From positions 64,001 to 128,000 of IMG/VR virus record IMGVR_UViG_3300035210_000189: a DNA stretch of 64,000 nucleotides. One strand, given 5' to 3'. The notes below the pieces were generated by a model. It worked only from the letters and a program-made list of their open reading frames with translations. It did no database searches and was not told the origin of the DNA. Of the stretch, positions 1-10,513 are shown in pieces; position 1 is the first letter of the stretch; every line of letters starts with the position of its first letter. The stretch comes from a virus. A program made the translations under genes and the position numbers.

Positions 1-138
1 TCATTAGCTAAAATGATGATTATTTAAAGGATATTATTTTCTTGAAATATGATAATTTGGATTTCTTAAAAAATAGGTTGCTTTAAAATCCTCATTTTGG
101 TATACTAGCTCAATTGAAAAAAACGGAGATACACGAAC

Positions 139-1293
139 ATGAACCTTTTTCCAAAAATCGAACACATCAACGATATTTTGCCAGCTTTGGCAGGTAAAAC
201 CTATATCGGTGTGAACAAGCAATCTAACGGTGCAACCGTTCTTTGCTACAACATCAGCAACGGTGAATCTTTTGCTACGCCTTTTGAAAAAGAATGCCGT
301 GGTATCACCTTTGACCGTGATGGTAAAATTGTAAACCGTCCTTTGCACAAGTTTTTCAACTTGGCAGAGCGTGAAGAAGTATTGCCACACAACATTAACT
401 GGGATGATGTGGTTGCTGTCTTCGATAAGATGGATGGTTCTATGATTACTGCTGGTGTGTTTCATGGCGACGTATTTGTAAAATCCAAAAAGTCTTTTGA
501 ATCAGATGTGGCTGTGTCGGCTTTGGCTTATGTTAAAGCAAACCATAAATACGAAGATTTCATTAAGCATTGTGCATCCTTGGATTTGACACCAATCTTT
601 GAATACACTTCGCCAAACAACCGTATCGTGTTGCGTTACGATGAAGAAAAAATGACGTTGTTGCATGTGCGTCATACTATCAATGGTAATTATTTCATGC
701 CAGATGAAGTGGCTGCATTGGCTAAGTCGTTTGATATTCCAGTGAACGCTCCATTGTTTGGTAAAGGTTTTGACTTGAAAGCATTGTTGCATTCATTGGA
801 CACTGTTGAAGGGATTGAAGGTTACGTTATTCAGTTCTCAAATGGTAACATGGTTAAGGTAAAAACAACTTGGTATGTTAACTTACACCACGCAGTAACA
901 TTCGTGCGTATTCGTGACATTGCTCGCTTGGTTTTATCCGAGAAAATTGACGACTACATTGCATTTGTTGCATTACATGCAAAAGACGCTGATTTGACTC
1001 AAATCCATTACATCAATGACACGATTAAAGCAGAAATTGAAGGAATCAAGAAAGACGTTGCTGATATTTTGGCTCAACATGAAGGTGTTGATTTCAAAAC
1101 CTTGGCAACCACCTACTTGGGTCATCCATATTTCTCTTTCATCATGACTACCGCTCGCGGTAAAGAAGTTGATTACTTGGATTACTACGAACGTAATCGT
1201 TTGAAAGAAGTCTGGTCTTTGGAGCAAGTTGACTTGGGCAACTTCACAGGGACTGATGATTCTGATGATGAAGTTCCAGTAGATGAAGATTAA
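139..1293 (+). CDS. RNA ligase, T4 Rnl1-like
   Basis: Nucleotidyltransferase motif I KMDGS; ECRGITF and LHKFFN N-terminal Rnl1 motifs; FEYTSPNNRIV; EGYVI; VKVKT; GGAG RBS. Confidence 0.9.
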   Translation: MNLFPKIEHINDILPALAGKTYIGVNKQSNGATVLCYNISNGESFATPFEKECRGITFDRDGKIVNRPLHKFFNLAEREEVLPHNINWDDVVAVFDKMDGSMITAGVFHGDVFVKSKKSFESDVAVSALAYVKANHKYEDFIKHCASLDLTPIFEYTSPNNRIVLRYDEEKMTLLHVRHTINGNYFMPDEVAALAKSFDIPVNAPLFGKGFDLKALLHSLDTVEGIEGYVIQFSNGNMVKVKTTWYVNLHHAVTFVRIRDIARLVLSEKIDDYIAFVALHAKDADLTQIHYINDTIKAEIEGIKKDVADILAQHEGVDFKTLATTYLGHPYFSFIMTTARGKEVDYLDYYERNRLKEVWSLEQVDLGNFTGTDDSDDEVPVDED

Positions 1294-1309
1294 TCACTAT
1301 CCTCTGATA

Positions 1310-1334
1310 AGACGTTCTCACGAACGTCTTTTTT
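1310..1334 (+). terminator. Intrinsic terminator
   Basis: agacgttc-tcac-gaacgtct followed by T-run. Confidence 0.75.
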
Positions 1335-1368
1335 AATCAATTTGTTTATATGATTGGAGATACACATT

Positions 1369-1890
1369 ATGGAAAAAGTTAATGATAGTTTTAGTTCTAT
1401 TATGTTATCATGCACAAAAAATGTATTGTTAACCATCGCAGGTATTTGCTTGGTTTATTTTTCGTTCGTTTTGGTGACTAATAATTGGACTTCGATAACT
1501 AACAACATCATGTCTTTTTTGATTATTTTCAACCCTATTAAAACGTTCCTATTTGAACACTTGGGTAAAATATTTATAGGATGGCTCATTCTTTCAGTTT
1601 GGAGTGGTTGTATTTTTTACAAAATCGAGACATCCGATTTTATAATTCAGACTCCGACTGCTTTAAATGCTCTATTATTTATGCTCATACCGACTGGCAG
1701 CTTAATCTTTTTCTTGTTAGCTAATGTTTTTGAGGTATGGCTTGTCAGTGCAATATGTGTCATTATTGCTCTCATAATGCTATTTACATTTCTGTGTATA
1801 ACTTGTTGCATTTTGTTTCCGGGGACAGTAATACACCCAGTAGATAGTAATCAAGAACAGTTAGATTTATTCAATAACACGCCACAATAG
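1369..1890 (+). CDS. Multi-pass membrane protein, paralog family A (1/3)
   Basis: Several hydrophobic segments; LGK(I/F)F.GW motif shared with 1927 and 2609; start moved to ATG after GGAG. Confidence 0.75.
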   Translation: MEKVNDSFSSIMLSCTKNVLLTIAGICLVYFSFVLVTNNWTSITNNIMSFLIIFNPIKTFLFEHLGKIFIGWLILSVWSGCIFYKIETSDFIIQTPTALNALLFMLIPTGSLIFFLLANVFEVWLVSAICVIIALIMLFTFLCITCCILFPGTVIHPVDSNQEQLDLFNNTPQ

Positions 1891-1926
1891 TTCTTAATTC
1901 ATTATTATACATTGGAGATCTACATT

Positions 1927-2448
1927 ATGAAAAAAGTTAATGATAAGGTTAATTCTGCTGTTATGTCATCGACAAAGAATGTATTGCTAGCCGTTGTAGG
2001 TATTTACTTACTTTATTTATTAGGTTCTTTTATTTCAAACAACGGATTTTCATTTGAAACTGTATTTCCACAAATTAAAGAATTTGCCTTTGAAAATTTG
2101 GGTAAGTTTTTTGTAGGATGGCTAATCATCTTCGCTTGGACTATTTGTACTATGGTTAAATTAGATAAAACCAATACTGGTATACCAAAAGTGTTTTCTA
2201 TTCTATTTTTTGCTACAACACTTATTGGAAGTATTATTTTATTCATGGTAACTAGTGCTTCAACACATGAAGGTATCACAATATTTTCTTTTGTTTTGGG
2301 CTGTTTACTTCTTATTGTATGTTTTGGTCTTTGTATTGTTCACTCTATGCCGGATACATTTGGTGAATATGTGCCACCACCTAACCCGTTTTTTGAACAA
2401 AAACGTGAAGTCTCATATAGAGTTAGATTTAGAATCACTATAAAATAA
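1927..2448 (+). CDS. Multi-pass membrane protein, paralog family A (2/3)
   Basis: Same N-terminus and LGKFFVGW motif; near-identical RBS region. Confidence 0.75.
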   Translation: MKKVNDKVNSAVMSSTKNVLLAVVGIYLLYLLGSFISNNGFSFETVFPQIKEFAFENLGKFFVGWLIIFAWTICTMVKLDKTNTGIPKVFSILFFATTLIGSIILFMVTSASTHEGITIFSFVLGCLLLIVCFGLCIVHSMPDTFGEYVPPPNPFFEQKREVSYRVRFRITIK

Positions 2449-2608
2449 ATCTATACGTGTATGTTTACTTGATAATCAGTTACAATAATTTATATAGGGC
2501 GTTCTTCGGAACGTCTTTTTTATTGTTAAAATAAATATTAGTTTTCAACTTGTTGACTTTTTTTTAATAAATAATATTATATATTCAACTTATTGGAGTA
2601 GTAATGTT

Positions 2609-3142
2609 ATGGATAAAGTTAAAAAAAGTTTAGTTTCTATTATGTTCTCATGTACACGCAATATAGTACTTGCTGTCGCAGGTCTTTATTTACTGTTTTT
2701 ATTATTATGCGTTGTTCAGGACAATTGGGCATCTATTAATGCCAGTATAATTTCTTTTATTAACAGTTTTAAACCACTTAAAGATTTCTTGTTTGCACAT
2801 CTTGGAAAAATATTTATTGGTTGGGTAATTATATCTCTTTGGTTAGTTTGTGTTTTCATAAAAATGGAAGAAAATGAAATCAAAGATTCAACTTTACTTA
2901 ATTTTATAAGTTTCTTATTATTTCCTATTGGCTCAATTATGTTCTTCATGGTTCCTTTTCAGCTTGGGATGGAATGGCTTCCTATTAATATTATATCTTG
3001 TTTGGTTTCATTTGCCTTATTCGTATTTTCCATTGGGTTGGTTGCTGTTTTTTTTAGTGAAGATATTGTTAAAAAATTAGAAATTGAAACTCCATTAGAT
3101 ATTGAAGCTCCAGAACAATTAGAATTATTTGAGAAAAAATAA
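2609..3142 (+). CDS. Multi-pass membrane protein, paralog family A (3/3)
   Basis: HLGKIFIGW; C-terminal EQLELF matches EQLDLF of 1369. Confidence 0.75.
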   Translation: MDKVKKSLVSIMFSCTRNIVLAVAGLYLLFLLLCVVQDNWASINASIISFINSFKPLKDFLFAHLGKIFIGWVIISLWLVCVFIKMEENEIKDSTLLNFISFLLFPIGSIMFFMVPFQLGMEWLPINIISCLVSFALFVFSIGLVAVFFSEDIVKKLEIETPLDIEAPEQLELFEKK

Positions 3143-3233
3143 ATCAATAGTCCCATAAAAAGACGTTTTCACAGCGTCTTTTTTTTGCTTTATTGATTTT
3201 AACATGCTATTATAGCGACAATCAAAAAATATT

Positions 3234-3863
3234 ATGAGGTCTTCAATAGTGATTAATTTAGTTACCGACAAACAAACCATTAAAACCATTAAATCAGGTT
3301 TAAGTTTAGATGATATTCAACATCCTGCTATTCGAATTGACCACTGGGTGTATAACGCTCAGATATTCAGAGATTTGCAGATGGATAATAATGGGTTCAA
3401 ACCCCCTGCTGACATTCTTAACTATCTTTATTGTGCGTCTTACAATGACTTTTTAAAAGCCTATAACATTACCAAGAGTAGTTTTGTGTTTGACACCTTC
3501 AGACGTTACAAGCATTACGCCTTGAAATACCAAAAAGGAGCAGACACCTATTACTTTACCGTTAGTTATAATTCTGAGCGTGGTATGGATATTATCTTTT
3601 ATCCGCACATGATACCTTCTGGTTTTGATGCTAGGGCTTGGAACGAGTTTGAGGGCGAATTGTATTTGGAATATGCCAACCTTATGTATGAGTTCTTGAC
3701 AGAGTTTTATGCCTCCATTTTGAATCATTTGTTTGATACTTATGATGTTAATTCAATTATTGATAACTTCTCAAAATCATACCGCAATTCAGCCGGTGCT
3801 GTTGCTATTTTAACTGAATATGAACAAACTCGTGACATTACATTGATTATGCCAGCACTGTAA
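3234..3863 (+). CDS. Hypothetical protein
   Basis: Long ORF after a terminator and promoter; true start may be GTG at 3249. Confidence 0.6.
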   Translation: MRSSIVINLVTDKQTIKTIKSGLSLDDIQHPAIRIDHWVYNAQIFRDLQMDNNGFKPPADILNYLYCASYNDFLKAYNITKSSFVFDTFRRYKHYALKYQKGADTYYFTVSYNSERGMDIIFYPHMIPSGFDARAWNEFEGELYLEYANLMYEFLTEFYASILNHLFDTYDVNSIIDNFSKSYRNSAGAVAILTEYEQTRDITLIMPAL

Positions 3864-3967
3864 TGTATCTGTAGACAGATTTTTTCAAATATGTTACTAT
3901 TGTAGTTCAGTTGCCTTCTTTTTAGCATTGTGGTATAATCAGCCATCATTTTACAGAGATTATCCAT

Positions 3968-4345
3968 ATGCAACCAAAAGCAGGCTGGACGGAATCGCAA
4001 GTGAATGCGAACATTGCCCTTCGTAGCAGACTATATGTCTCAGGCTTTCTGTTGTCTGGTGTGCTTAAGGATATTCGAGCAGGCATCTTGGAAGCACGGG
4101 TTAACCTTCATTATGAAGATGATATTCCAGTTGGTGTGGTTGTTCTTATCACTGATGGCGTTCCTACTAACTATTTGTCCTCTTATTATGATTTGATGAT
4201 ATTTGTCCGCACCAGTTATCGTAATCGTGGCATAGGTAAAAAACTCATTGATGAGATGAAAGTATCCACTAGCTTGAAAGTGGGTCGTGGATCTCGTTAT
4301 AGCTGTAATTTCTGGCACTCGCAGGGATTTTATCCATATGAATAA
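3968..4345 (+). CDS. GNAT-family acetyltransferase
   Basis: FVRTSYRNRGIGKKL acetyl-CoA-binding motif A; C-terminal FW..QGF. Confidence 0.8.
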   Translation: MQPKAGWTESQVNANIALRSRLYVSGFLLSGVLKDIRAGILEARVNLHYEDDIPVGVVVLITDGVPTNYLSSYYDLMIFVRTSYRNRGIGKKLIDEMKVSTSLKVGRGSRYSCNFWHSQGFYPYE

Positions 4346-4886
4346 CACCAATCAGATTATCAATATTATTATTAGCAGTTTTGTGACTTCTTTTAAGAAT
4401 AATCGACTCAATGGTTTAGAATTTAACTTTGATTTTGAACCCATGAAAGAAGTGTGTGCCTATTTTGACGCCAAACCTGTTGGTGCTTATGGCTGCTTTA
4501 CTTTTGAACTCGATGGAAAGACTATTTTCGTTTACAGCACCTACGGCGATTCTGATGCTGCAGAACACGATGAGGAAGAAAACGAAGATGGCATGGTCTT
4601 TGGCATTATCAGTATGGGTTTTTGTTTTTACCTCGATAAGTTCATTTATTGTTTCGATTTAGACGAATGTGGCACTATTATTCGTTTTTTCAAAACAGTT
4701 CAACCATTCAATGGCACTCCTGATATGTTTAGCGGTAAACGTCCATTCTATCATTATCGGGATAAACAGTCTTTGTCTATGCAGGGGTTTGATAAGGATC
4801 TTAATCTTGATGAGCATGAAGAAGCCCGTAAGTGGACAAGTGGCCCAAGAACTCAATTTAATCTTGAAGAATTTTCCATTTTGTGA
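4338..4886 (+). CDS. Hypothetical protein
   Basis: ORF overlapping the end of the GNAT gene. Confidence 0.6.
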   Translation: MNNTNQIINIIISSFVTSFKNNRLNGLEFNFDFEPMKEVCAYFDAKPVGAYGCFTFELDGKTIFVYSTYGDSDAAEHDEEENEDGMVFGIISMGFCFYLDKFIYCFDLDECGTIIRFFKTVQPFNGTPDMFSGKRPFYHYRDKQSLSMQGFDKDLNLDEHEEARKWTSGPRTQFNLEEFSIL

Positions 4887-4917
4887 TATTATTAGTTAAA
4901 TAATTTGAGGACACCAA

Positions 4918-5223
4918 ATGAAAACTCATTATCTTTCTATTTTTAACCGTGACACCACTACACTTAATCGCACTTGTGTGACTGACCCTACAACCAGCCT
5001 GCTTAAAGTCAGTGGCGAATTGTCTGATGTCGTCTATGCCGCAGCTAAATTCATTGTAACGGATGGTGTGTTGGTGAAAATCAATGAGGGCGGTCGCTAT
5101 CCTAAGTGCAACATCAACGAAGCACTGTCACCAGAACAGCTTGAAATCATGGAATCTAACTACTCAAAGACAACCACTAAGCATTTGGATACGTCAGATA
5201 AAATTGAGGCTATTTTGGCATGA
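4918..5223 (+). CDS. Hypothetical protein
   Basis: GAGG RBS. Confidence 0.65.
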   Translation: MKTHYLSIFNRDTTTLNRTCVTDPTTSLLKVSGELSDVVYAAAKFIVTDGVLVKINEGGRYPKCNINEALSPEQLEIMESNYSKTTTKHLDTSDKIEAILA

Positions 5224-5651
5224 ATACCAAGCTCAAAAAAGAAGAAGTGCAACTCTACAAACCGAAGTTTCGGAATAGAACCCATGCACGAATGGAATTT
5301 TCTGATTGGCAGAAAGAACTCAATCGAAAAATTAGACAACAAATGCCGCCTGAACTTTGTTTTCGTGTGGCTATTCGTGATCACTTTCTTGATCGCTTGA
5401 TGGATCGAGAAGCAGATCCTCGGCATATCAAAAAACTCATTGAAGACACCATTCAGAAAAAAATGTGTGAAATTCTTTTTTTTGGTGCTTTGAATAAAGA
5501 TTTTCCACGCATGGTTTTTACAGATACAATTCACCATGTGATGACAACATGGTCAGATCATGACCGAACTATTATTTTACGTTCTTATGTTCTTAATAAT
5601 GAAAGGCATATGGGGCTTAATCCAGAGTTTACTTTGAACCCCCATATTTAA
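5220..5651 (+). CDS. Hypothetical protein (HFLDRL..R motif)
   Basis: ATGA overlap with upstream gene. Confidence 0.65.
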   Translation: MNTKLKKEEVQLYKPKFRNRTHARMEFSDWQKELNRKIRQQMPPELCFRVAIRDHFLDRLMDREADPRHIKKLIEDTIQKKMCEILFFGALNKDFPRMVFTDTIHHVMTTWSDHDRTIILRSYVLNNERHMGLNPEFTLNPHI

Positions 5652-5718
5652 AGATTTTTATTGCATAAACCATTTTTTACTGGTATACTCTTGCAATCAT
5701 ACTATTGGAGATTTAACA

Positions 5719-6111
5719 ATGTTTAAAGAAATGTCTCAACAAACTCAAGATCTTATTGTGGAATCACTTAACAGTGTTGTCACTAAACTCACTTGTTTCA
5801 ATGGTGAAATTGCTGTTCTGATGCAAGACCGTGCTGAACCCTACCAAAATATCAATGATGCTGTGACTGACAAACTTGAAAGCGTTGTTGAATTGTTTAC
5901 CGAAGACGGCCATGTGATTGATGAAGTCGATGCCTATGCCAAAATGGTTGTTCTGAAAGCCCTTAATGACCGTATCAAAGAACTCGAAACCTCGATGACT
6001 TACTTTGCTCAGTTTGGTGAAGTCTTGCCAGTTGAAGAAGTTATTTATGTTTATGAAGGCAAAATCAAAGCTCTTTTTGGTGCTCAGATGGAGTTTTTGA
6101 CTGCGACCTAA
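5719..6111 (+). CDS. Hypothetical protein
   Basis: Promoter, GGAG RBS and downstream terminator. Confidence 0.7.
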   Translation: MFKEMSQQTQDLIVESLNSVVTKLTCFNGEIAVLMQDRAEPYQNINDAVTDKLESVVELFTEDGHVIDEVDAYAKMVVLKALNDRIKELETSMTYFAQFGEVLPVEEVIYVYEGKIKALFGAQMEFLTAT

Positions 6112-6223
6112 TAGAAAGCGATCCTTTTTACCAAAAAGACCATCTTCGGATGGTTTTTTTATTGTTATTTTTCATGAAACGTATTATAATACAAGCCTAA
6201 ATCACAACCATGAGTAAACTGAC

Positions 6224-6655
6224 ATGCCTAATTTCAATTTAAATGACGTTGTTGCTGATCTGACTAATATGCATCAGTGGCGGAATCCTGAGCAGTTTAA
6301 ATCCGAGTTGTTTGTATACGATTTTAACAAGCGTGTTTTCATGACCAATGAAAATAGTTTTATCATCAAGTCTTCTCATCAAAATCAAAATTCTGATCTC
6401 TTTATGTCTGATAGTGCTATTTTTTCGAATGTCAGTGGTTTGAGTGAAGATAATTCCCGTGTCTTGTTTAACCTAACACCGCACCTTCATGGCATTGGAA
6501 TTATTTTGAAAGAACAATTGAAAGAGCAAGAGCTGGTAAATCTTCGGGCCAGTATTGCTGATGGAGCTGAGGATGATATGGTTCAATACATCACAGCATT
6601 GAAAGATGCCTTCTTGACCTATTTTGATCGACTACATGAAGAAATTGCAGCATAG
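6224..6655 (+). CDS. Hypothetical protein, paralog pair B (1/2)
   Basis: Clearly homologous to 6708 (VLFNLTPH..GIG.ILK; ALKDAFLTYFDRL.EEIAA). Confidence 0.8.
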   Translation: MPNFNLNDVVADLTNMHQWRNPEQFKSELFVYDFNKRVFMTNENSFIIKSSHQNQNSDLFMSDSAIFSNVSGLSEDNSRVLFNLTPHLHGIGIILKEQLKEQELVNLRASIADGAEDDMVQYITALKDAFLTYFDRLHEEIAA

Positions 6656-6707
6656 TTTATCGAAAATTCTACTTATTATTCTTAATTCCGTTGAATGAGG
6701 TAAATCT

Positions 6708-7136
6708 ATGAAAAATTTTAATGTGAATGATGTTGTTGCTGATATTACCAATATCCATGAGTGGCGAGACACTACAAAATTCAAGTCAGAAGTCTTTATT
6801 CATGAATTCTTCAAGCGTGTATTGGTGACGGATGAAAAGCATTTTCTTATTAAATCTGTCCACAATGTCCCTGATTGGAATATGTTCATGCCTGACGATG
6901 TTATTTTCTCTCAGTCTACGGGTTTGGATGAGTCAAAAACTCGAGTGTTGTTTAATCTCACTCCACATATGGCTGGGATTGGTTTGATCCTTAAAGCTAG
7001 TTTGAAGGAAAAAGGCATTACCCCTATTCGCTCTGAACTCGCTGACAACGTTCCATATGTTATTCGATATGACAGGGCATTGAAAGACGCCTTCTTGACC
7101 TACTTTGACCGTTTGTATGAAGAAATTGCTGCATAA
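6708..7136 (+). CDS. Hypothetical protein, paralog pair B (2/2)
   Basis: Tandem paralog of 6224. Confidence 0.8.
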   Translation: MKNFNVNDVVADITNIHEWRDTTKFKSEVFIHEFFKRVLVTDEKHFLIKSVHNVPDWNMFMPDDVIFSQSTGLDESKTRVLFNLTPHMAGIGLILKASLKEKGITPIRSELADNVPYVIRYDRALKDAFLTYFDRLYEEIAA

Positions 7137-7206
7137 TTTTGTTGACTACTATTGTTAAATTTGATAATATTGACACGTAAACAACCAATCAATAAAGGTG
7201 AATAAA

Positions 7207-7344
7207 ATGCAAGGTTCATTTGGTGATGCAACAGAACGTTTTCGGGGTGGTAAGAAAAAAGACACCGAGAAGGCTAAACATAATCGTCAAGATCAAAGCT
7301 TTCGCAACAAACGCCGTAAACGCCACGCTTCGCTTGAGGATTAA
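7207..7344 (+). CDS. Small basic protein, 45 aa (not in ORF track)
   Basis: AAGGTG RBS; MQGSFGDATERFRGGKKKD...RNKRRKRHASLED; fills the gap between promoter and 7348. Confidence 0.6.
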   Translation: MQGSFGDATERFRGGKKKDTEKAKHNRQDQSFRNKRRKRHASLED

Positions 7345-7347
7345 ACA

Positions 7348-7620
7348 ATGACTAACCGTGTAATTACTATTAAAAAAGTTGGCAATGCCAATAATGTCAT
7401 GTATCGGGATGTCCTTGTTGGGTGTTTTGAAGATGGTGACACAGAATCTCTGGCTGCCATTATTGATCGGGCGATTGATGTTTATATTGAACGAAGCACT
7501 CCAAAGACTGCTGACATTCGTGATGCCTGTATTAAACTGGCTGAACTTAGTTATGATCTTGGTCGTAAAGGTGGTTCTAAAAGTTCATTAACTTCCCTTA
7601 TTAATATTGCTTGTCGATAA
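7348..7620 (+). CDS. Hypothetical protein (related to 7648)
   Basis: V.Y.D...G..EDGD shared with next ORF. Confidence 0.7.
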   Translation: MTNRVITIKKVGNANNVMYRDVLVGCFEDGDTESLAAIIDRAIDVYIERSTPKTADIRDACIKLAELSYDLGRKGGSKSSLTSLINIACR

Positions 7621-7647
7621 CTATTTATTTCTTCATCGAGGCTAACC

Positions 7648-7911
7648 ATGAACCTTATCAAAATCACACATTTGCCTATGCAACACGTCAGCAGTGTTTA
7701 TTACAAAGATTCGTTTATTGGTATTGCCGAAGATGGTGATTCTACTGCCATGCAGCGACTAATGAATCAAGCATTGGAACTTCATGATAAAAAAGAGAAA
7801 GAAAAAGAAACGGATGCTCTTTTAAAAGTAGCTCGTGCTGTTTATCGTCTTGATCAAGATGAAGTATCCGAGGCCAAAATGCTTGAAATCGTCAAGGAAT
7901 CTTTTGCATGA
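7648..7911 (+). CDS. Hypothetical protein (related to 7348)
   Basis: VYYKDSFIGIAEDGD. Confidence 0.7.
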   Translation: MNLIKITHLPMQHVSSVYYKDSFIGIAEDGDSTAMQRLMNQALELHDKKEKEKETDALLKVARAVYRLDQDEVSEAKMLEIVKESFA

Positions 7912-8381
7912 AGTATATTTCTCTGTCTAACAATGCACCAGCCGTGGCTAGTGCATTGGGCATTCAAAGTTATAAAATCAAAGACACCATTCTTGACGTT
8001 TTCAAAACGATGGAAATAAAATACCCTAATTTTGACGACTGGTTTGGTAAAATCTTCGTTGAAGTTTTAATGGAAGACGTTCGTCGTGACATTATTCTGG
8101 CAATGGATGGAACTAAGATTGCTGGTATCCTGATTTTGAAAGATATGGATGGCGAAAAGAAAATTTGTAACATTGTTGTGCTGCCTGCATATCGTAAACA
8201 AGGGGTGGCTACTGAATTGTTTGAGTTGGCTTTTGAATACCTTGGCACTCGAAAACCGATGATTTCGATGTCCCAAGATCTTGTTCCAAGTTTTGCAGCA
8301 TTGATTCGAAAATACAAGTTTAAATTGACCAACATTGATTATACTTACAATAAAAATAAGATAGAATTTTACTACAATTAA
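7908..8381 (+). CDS. GNAT-family acetyltransferase
   Basis: KICNIVVLPAYRKQGVATEL motif A. Confidence 0.85.
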   Translation: MKYISLSNNAPAVASALGIQSYKIKDTILDVFKTMEIKYPNFDDWFGKIFVEVLMEDVRRDIILAMDGTKIAGILILKDMDGEKKICNIVVLPAYRKQGVATELFELAFEYLGTRKPMISMSQDLVPSFAALIRKYKFKLTNIDYTYNKNKIEFYYN

Positions 8382-8391
8382 AATAAAATAG

Positions 8392-8420
8392 TTGACTTTG
8401 TGTTGGTATTACACTATAAT
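8392..8420 (+). promoter_or_regulatory. sigma70-like promoter of tRNA-Leu
   Basis: TTGACT-17 nt-TATAAT. Confidence 0.8.
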
Positions 8421-8429
8421 TATCAAATC

Positions 8430-8513
8430 GCGGAAATGGTGGAATGGTAGACACGCTGGTCTTAGAAGCCAGTGCCGAGAGGCGTGTGGGTTCGAGTCCC
8501 ACTTTCCGCACCA
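8430..8513 (+). tRNA. tRNA-Leu (anticodon TAG)
   Basis: gcggaaa/tttccgc acceptor, anticodon loop ct-TAG-aa, long variable arm, GGTTCGAGTCC T arm, encoded CCA. Confidence 0.95.
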
Positions 8514-8591
8514 GTTTATATAAGGCTCACAGTTGTGGGTCTTTTTTTTAACTATTTGTTGATGTATTCAATACTTTAAGAGGTTGTTATT

Positions 8592-8801
8592 GTGCCTAAA
8601 ACCATTCCACTGCCCAGAAAGAAATCCAATCAATTACTTTTTGTAACTGTTTTTTCTTTTGTTGGCATTTTTATTGGTATGATGATTTTTGGTATTAGTA
8701 TTCATCATTTTAATGGTCAAAAATCAAGGTATAATAACGATTCTGTTAAATCGCAGGACTTAATTAAATCTTTCTTTTCACAAAAAGGCAGTGGTAAATG
8801 A
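8592..8801 (+). CDS. Small membrane protein
   Basis: GAGG RBS, GTG start, one TM segment. Confidence 0.55.
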   Translation: MPKTIPLPRKKSNQLLFVTVFSFVGIFIGMMIFGISIHHFNGQKSRYNNDSVKSQDLIKSFFSQKGSGK

Positions 8802-9301
8802 ATCTTCCTATCTATCATGATTTTGTCGAAAAATACACACCTGAAAAACCATTTGAAAGAGATACCTATGGTGCCAGTGCTTGGATGACTGAAAATAGCT
8901 ATTATGCTATTCATAAAAAATCACGTTTCATTGATATTCATGAAATGTTAAACAGTTTATATGAAGATAAATTAGTCAGTTATGTCAGAACGAATACTCG
9001 CTTAATGTCTGTTGAACAATTTGAGGATCGATTTTCTATTTTTGATTCCATTGCTAATGTCTGTTTCAAGGACAGAGCGACTATGCAATTGTTAATGAAA
9101 ATGGATGTTAACTTAATGAAGCCTGATTGCTGGGTTGAAAATTTAAATGCCCCTCATTATGCATTAACTCCGGTTGCCTGTCCTAATGATATAATCATGG
9201 ATATGTATTTTAATACCAGTAGACGATCTTATGAGGCAGTCCGTAAGAATATTTACCTCGATATTTGTAAAGCCTACATCCATCTCTTCATCCCCGATTG
9301 A
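8798..9301 (+). CDS. Hypothetical protein
   Basis: ATGA overlap. Confidence 0.65.
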   Translation: MNLPIYHDFVEKYTPEKPFERDTYGASAWMTENSYYAIHKKSRFIDIHEMLNSLYEDKLVSYVRTNTRLMSVEQFEDRFSIFDSIANVCFKDRATMQLLMKMDVNLMKPDCWVENLNAPHYALTPVACPNDIIMDMYFNTSRRSYEAVRKNIYLDICKAYIHLFIPD

Positions 9302-9350
9302 GTCTTTTCTTCGTTTGTGTTATAATCAACGAAATCTTAGAGGAACTACC

Positions 9351-9929
9351 ATGACCAGTCTTGATCTCATTTTGAAAAATATGATCCTTTCTGCACCCTA
9401 TCTTTATCCAACGACTTGGCAGTGTTATGCCTCTATTTTTCTTGATGTGAACTCCGGTTTTACTTTTACTAATTCCGAAATTCAATGCCCCTTTGAAGTC
9501 AAAGAAAATCCTGTTATCAATGAGCGATATCTTGAACTCTACAAAACATTGGCTGTCACTGAAATAGGTGAGCTGGATTATGGCATGAAGTTGTTTATGA
9601 ATGATTTCATCAAAGAAAATATTGATGTGATTGTGAGCACAAAATGTGTTTATGTTGAATACCTTAAACCTTCGATTGATGACTTAGCTTTATGCGTGGA
9701 TGACTCACCTGTCTGGTTGATTGATGATTCTTATCCCAATGATGTCTTTAAAGCGGCTATTGATGTCTTGGAGAAGGTGAAACATTTGCTTTGGTATCAT
9801 TATGGCCTACATCATTGCCTTACACGGCCTATTGAGTGTGCTTCGTGGCAAGAAGTGTGTTATCATACGGCCTATGTTAAAGTCTCTGAACGACTTGAAA
9901 CCCTTAAACCACAAAGGATTCCAGCCTAA
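9351..9929 (+). CDS. Hypothetical protein, family C (type 1)
   Basis: K.MILS.P motif shared with 28776; start after GAGG. Confidence 0.7.
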   Translation: MTSLDLILKNMILSAPYLYPTTWQCYASIFLDVNSGFTFTNSEIQCPFEVKENPVINERYLELYKTLAVTEIGELDYGMKLFMNDFIKENIDVIVSTKCVYVEYLKPSIDDLALCVDDSPVWLIDDSYPNDVFKAAIDVLEKVKHLLWYHYGLHHCLTRPIECASWQEVCYHTAYVKVSERLETLKPQRIPA

Positions 9930-10513
9930 TGAAAGCTATTACTGTCATTAACTCTATCATTGCTAAATACAACTTGTCCTTTTCCACTCGTTGGAGAGTG
10001 TTGGAACACCTTTTTCTGGTCAATGGCAATGGCTGTTATTGGACAACTTATGGGTGTTTGGATGGTAATCCTGAACATTATCAAGAAAGTGAACTTGGTG
10101 AAAATAGCACTATTCAGTCATTGCTTCAAACGTTGGAACTTCTAAAAGATTATGATATGCCAAAGATGACAGATGCCTATCATTTGCAAATTAAGTTTGA
10201 AGAAGGTCTTGATAAATTCAAGCAAGCCAACATGAAAAAAATTGCGGCTAATCAATTCTTTTTCTTTGACAGTCAGATACCTACATTCCAAGATCTGTCC
10301 CGTGCTTCGTTTAACCATCTGTTTTATGAAGTCCCTGATAACGTTCAACCTGACTGGAAAGCACTGATTGTTGAAACGGCTTGTATTGTCCAGAAAGGTA
10401 TTAAGAGCAGTTACTTTGTATCTGGCCCTTTGACTGCACCAGAATCGTGGAGCAACCCAGAAGCATTTGCCGTTTACATGGCCGCAGAAAACCAGCTAAA
10501 ATCTCTAAAATGA
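9929..10513 (+). CDS. Hypothetical protein, family C (type 2)
   Basis: YN..F.TRW.VL.H.F...G.G..W shared with 29366. Confidence 0.75.
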   Translation: MKAITVINSIIAKYNLSFSTRWRVLEHLFLVNGNGCYWTTYGCLDGNPEHYQESELGENSTIQSLLQTLELLKDYDMPKMTDAYHLQIKFEEGLDKFKQANMKKIAANQFFFFDSQIPTFQDLSRASFNHLFYEVPDNVQPDWKALIVETACIVQKGIKSSYFVSGPLTAPESWSNPEAFAVYMAAENQLKSLK

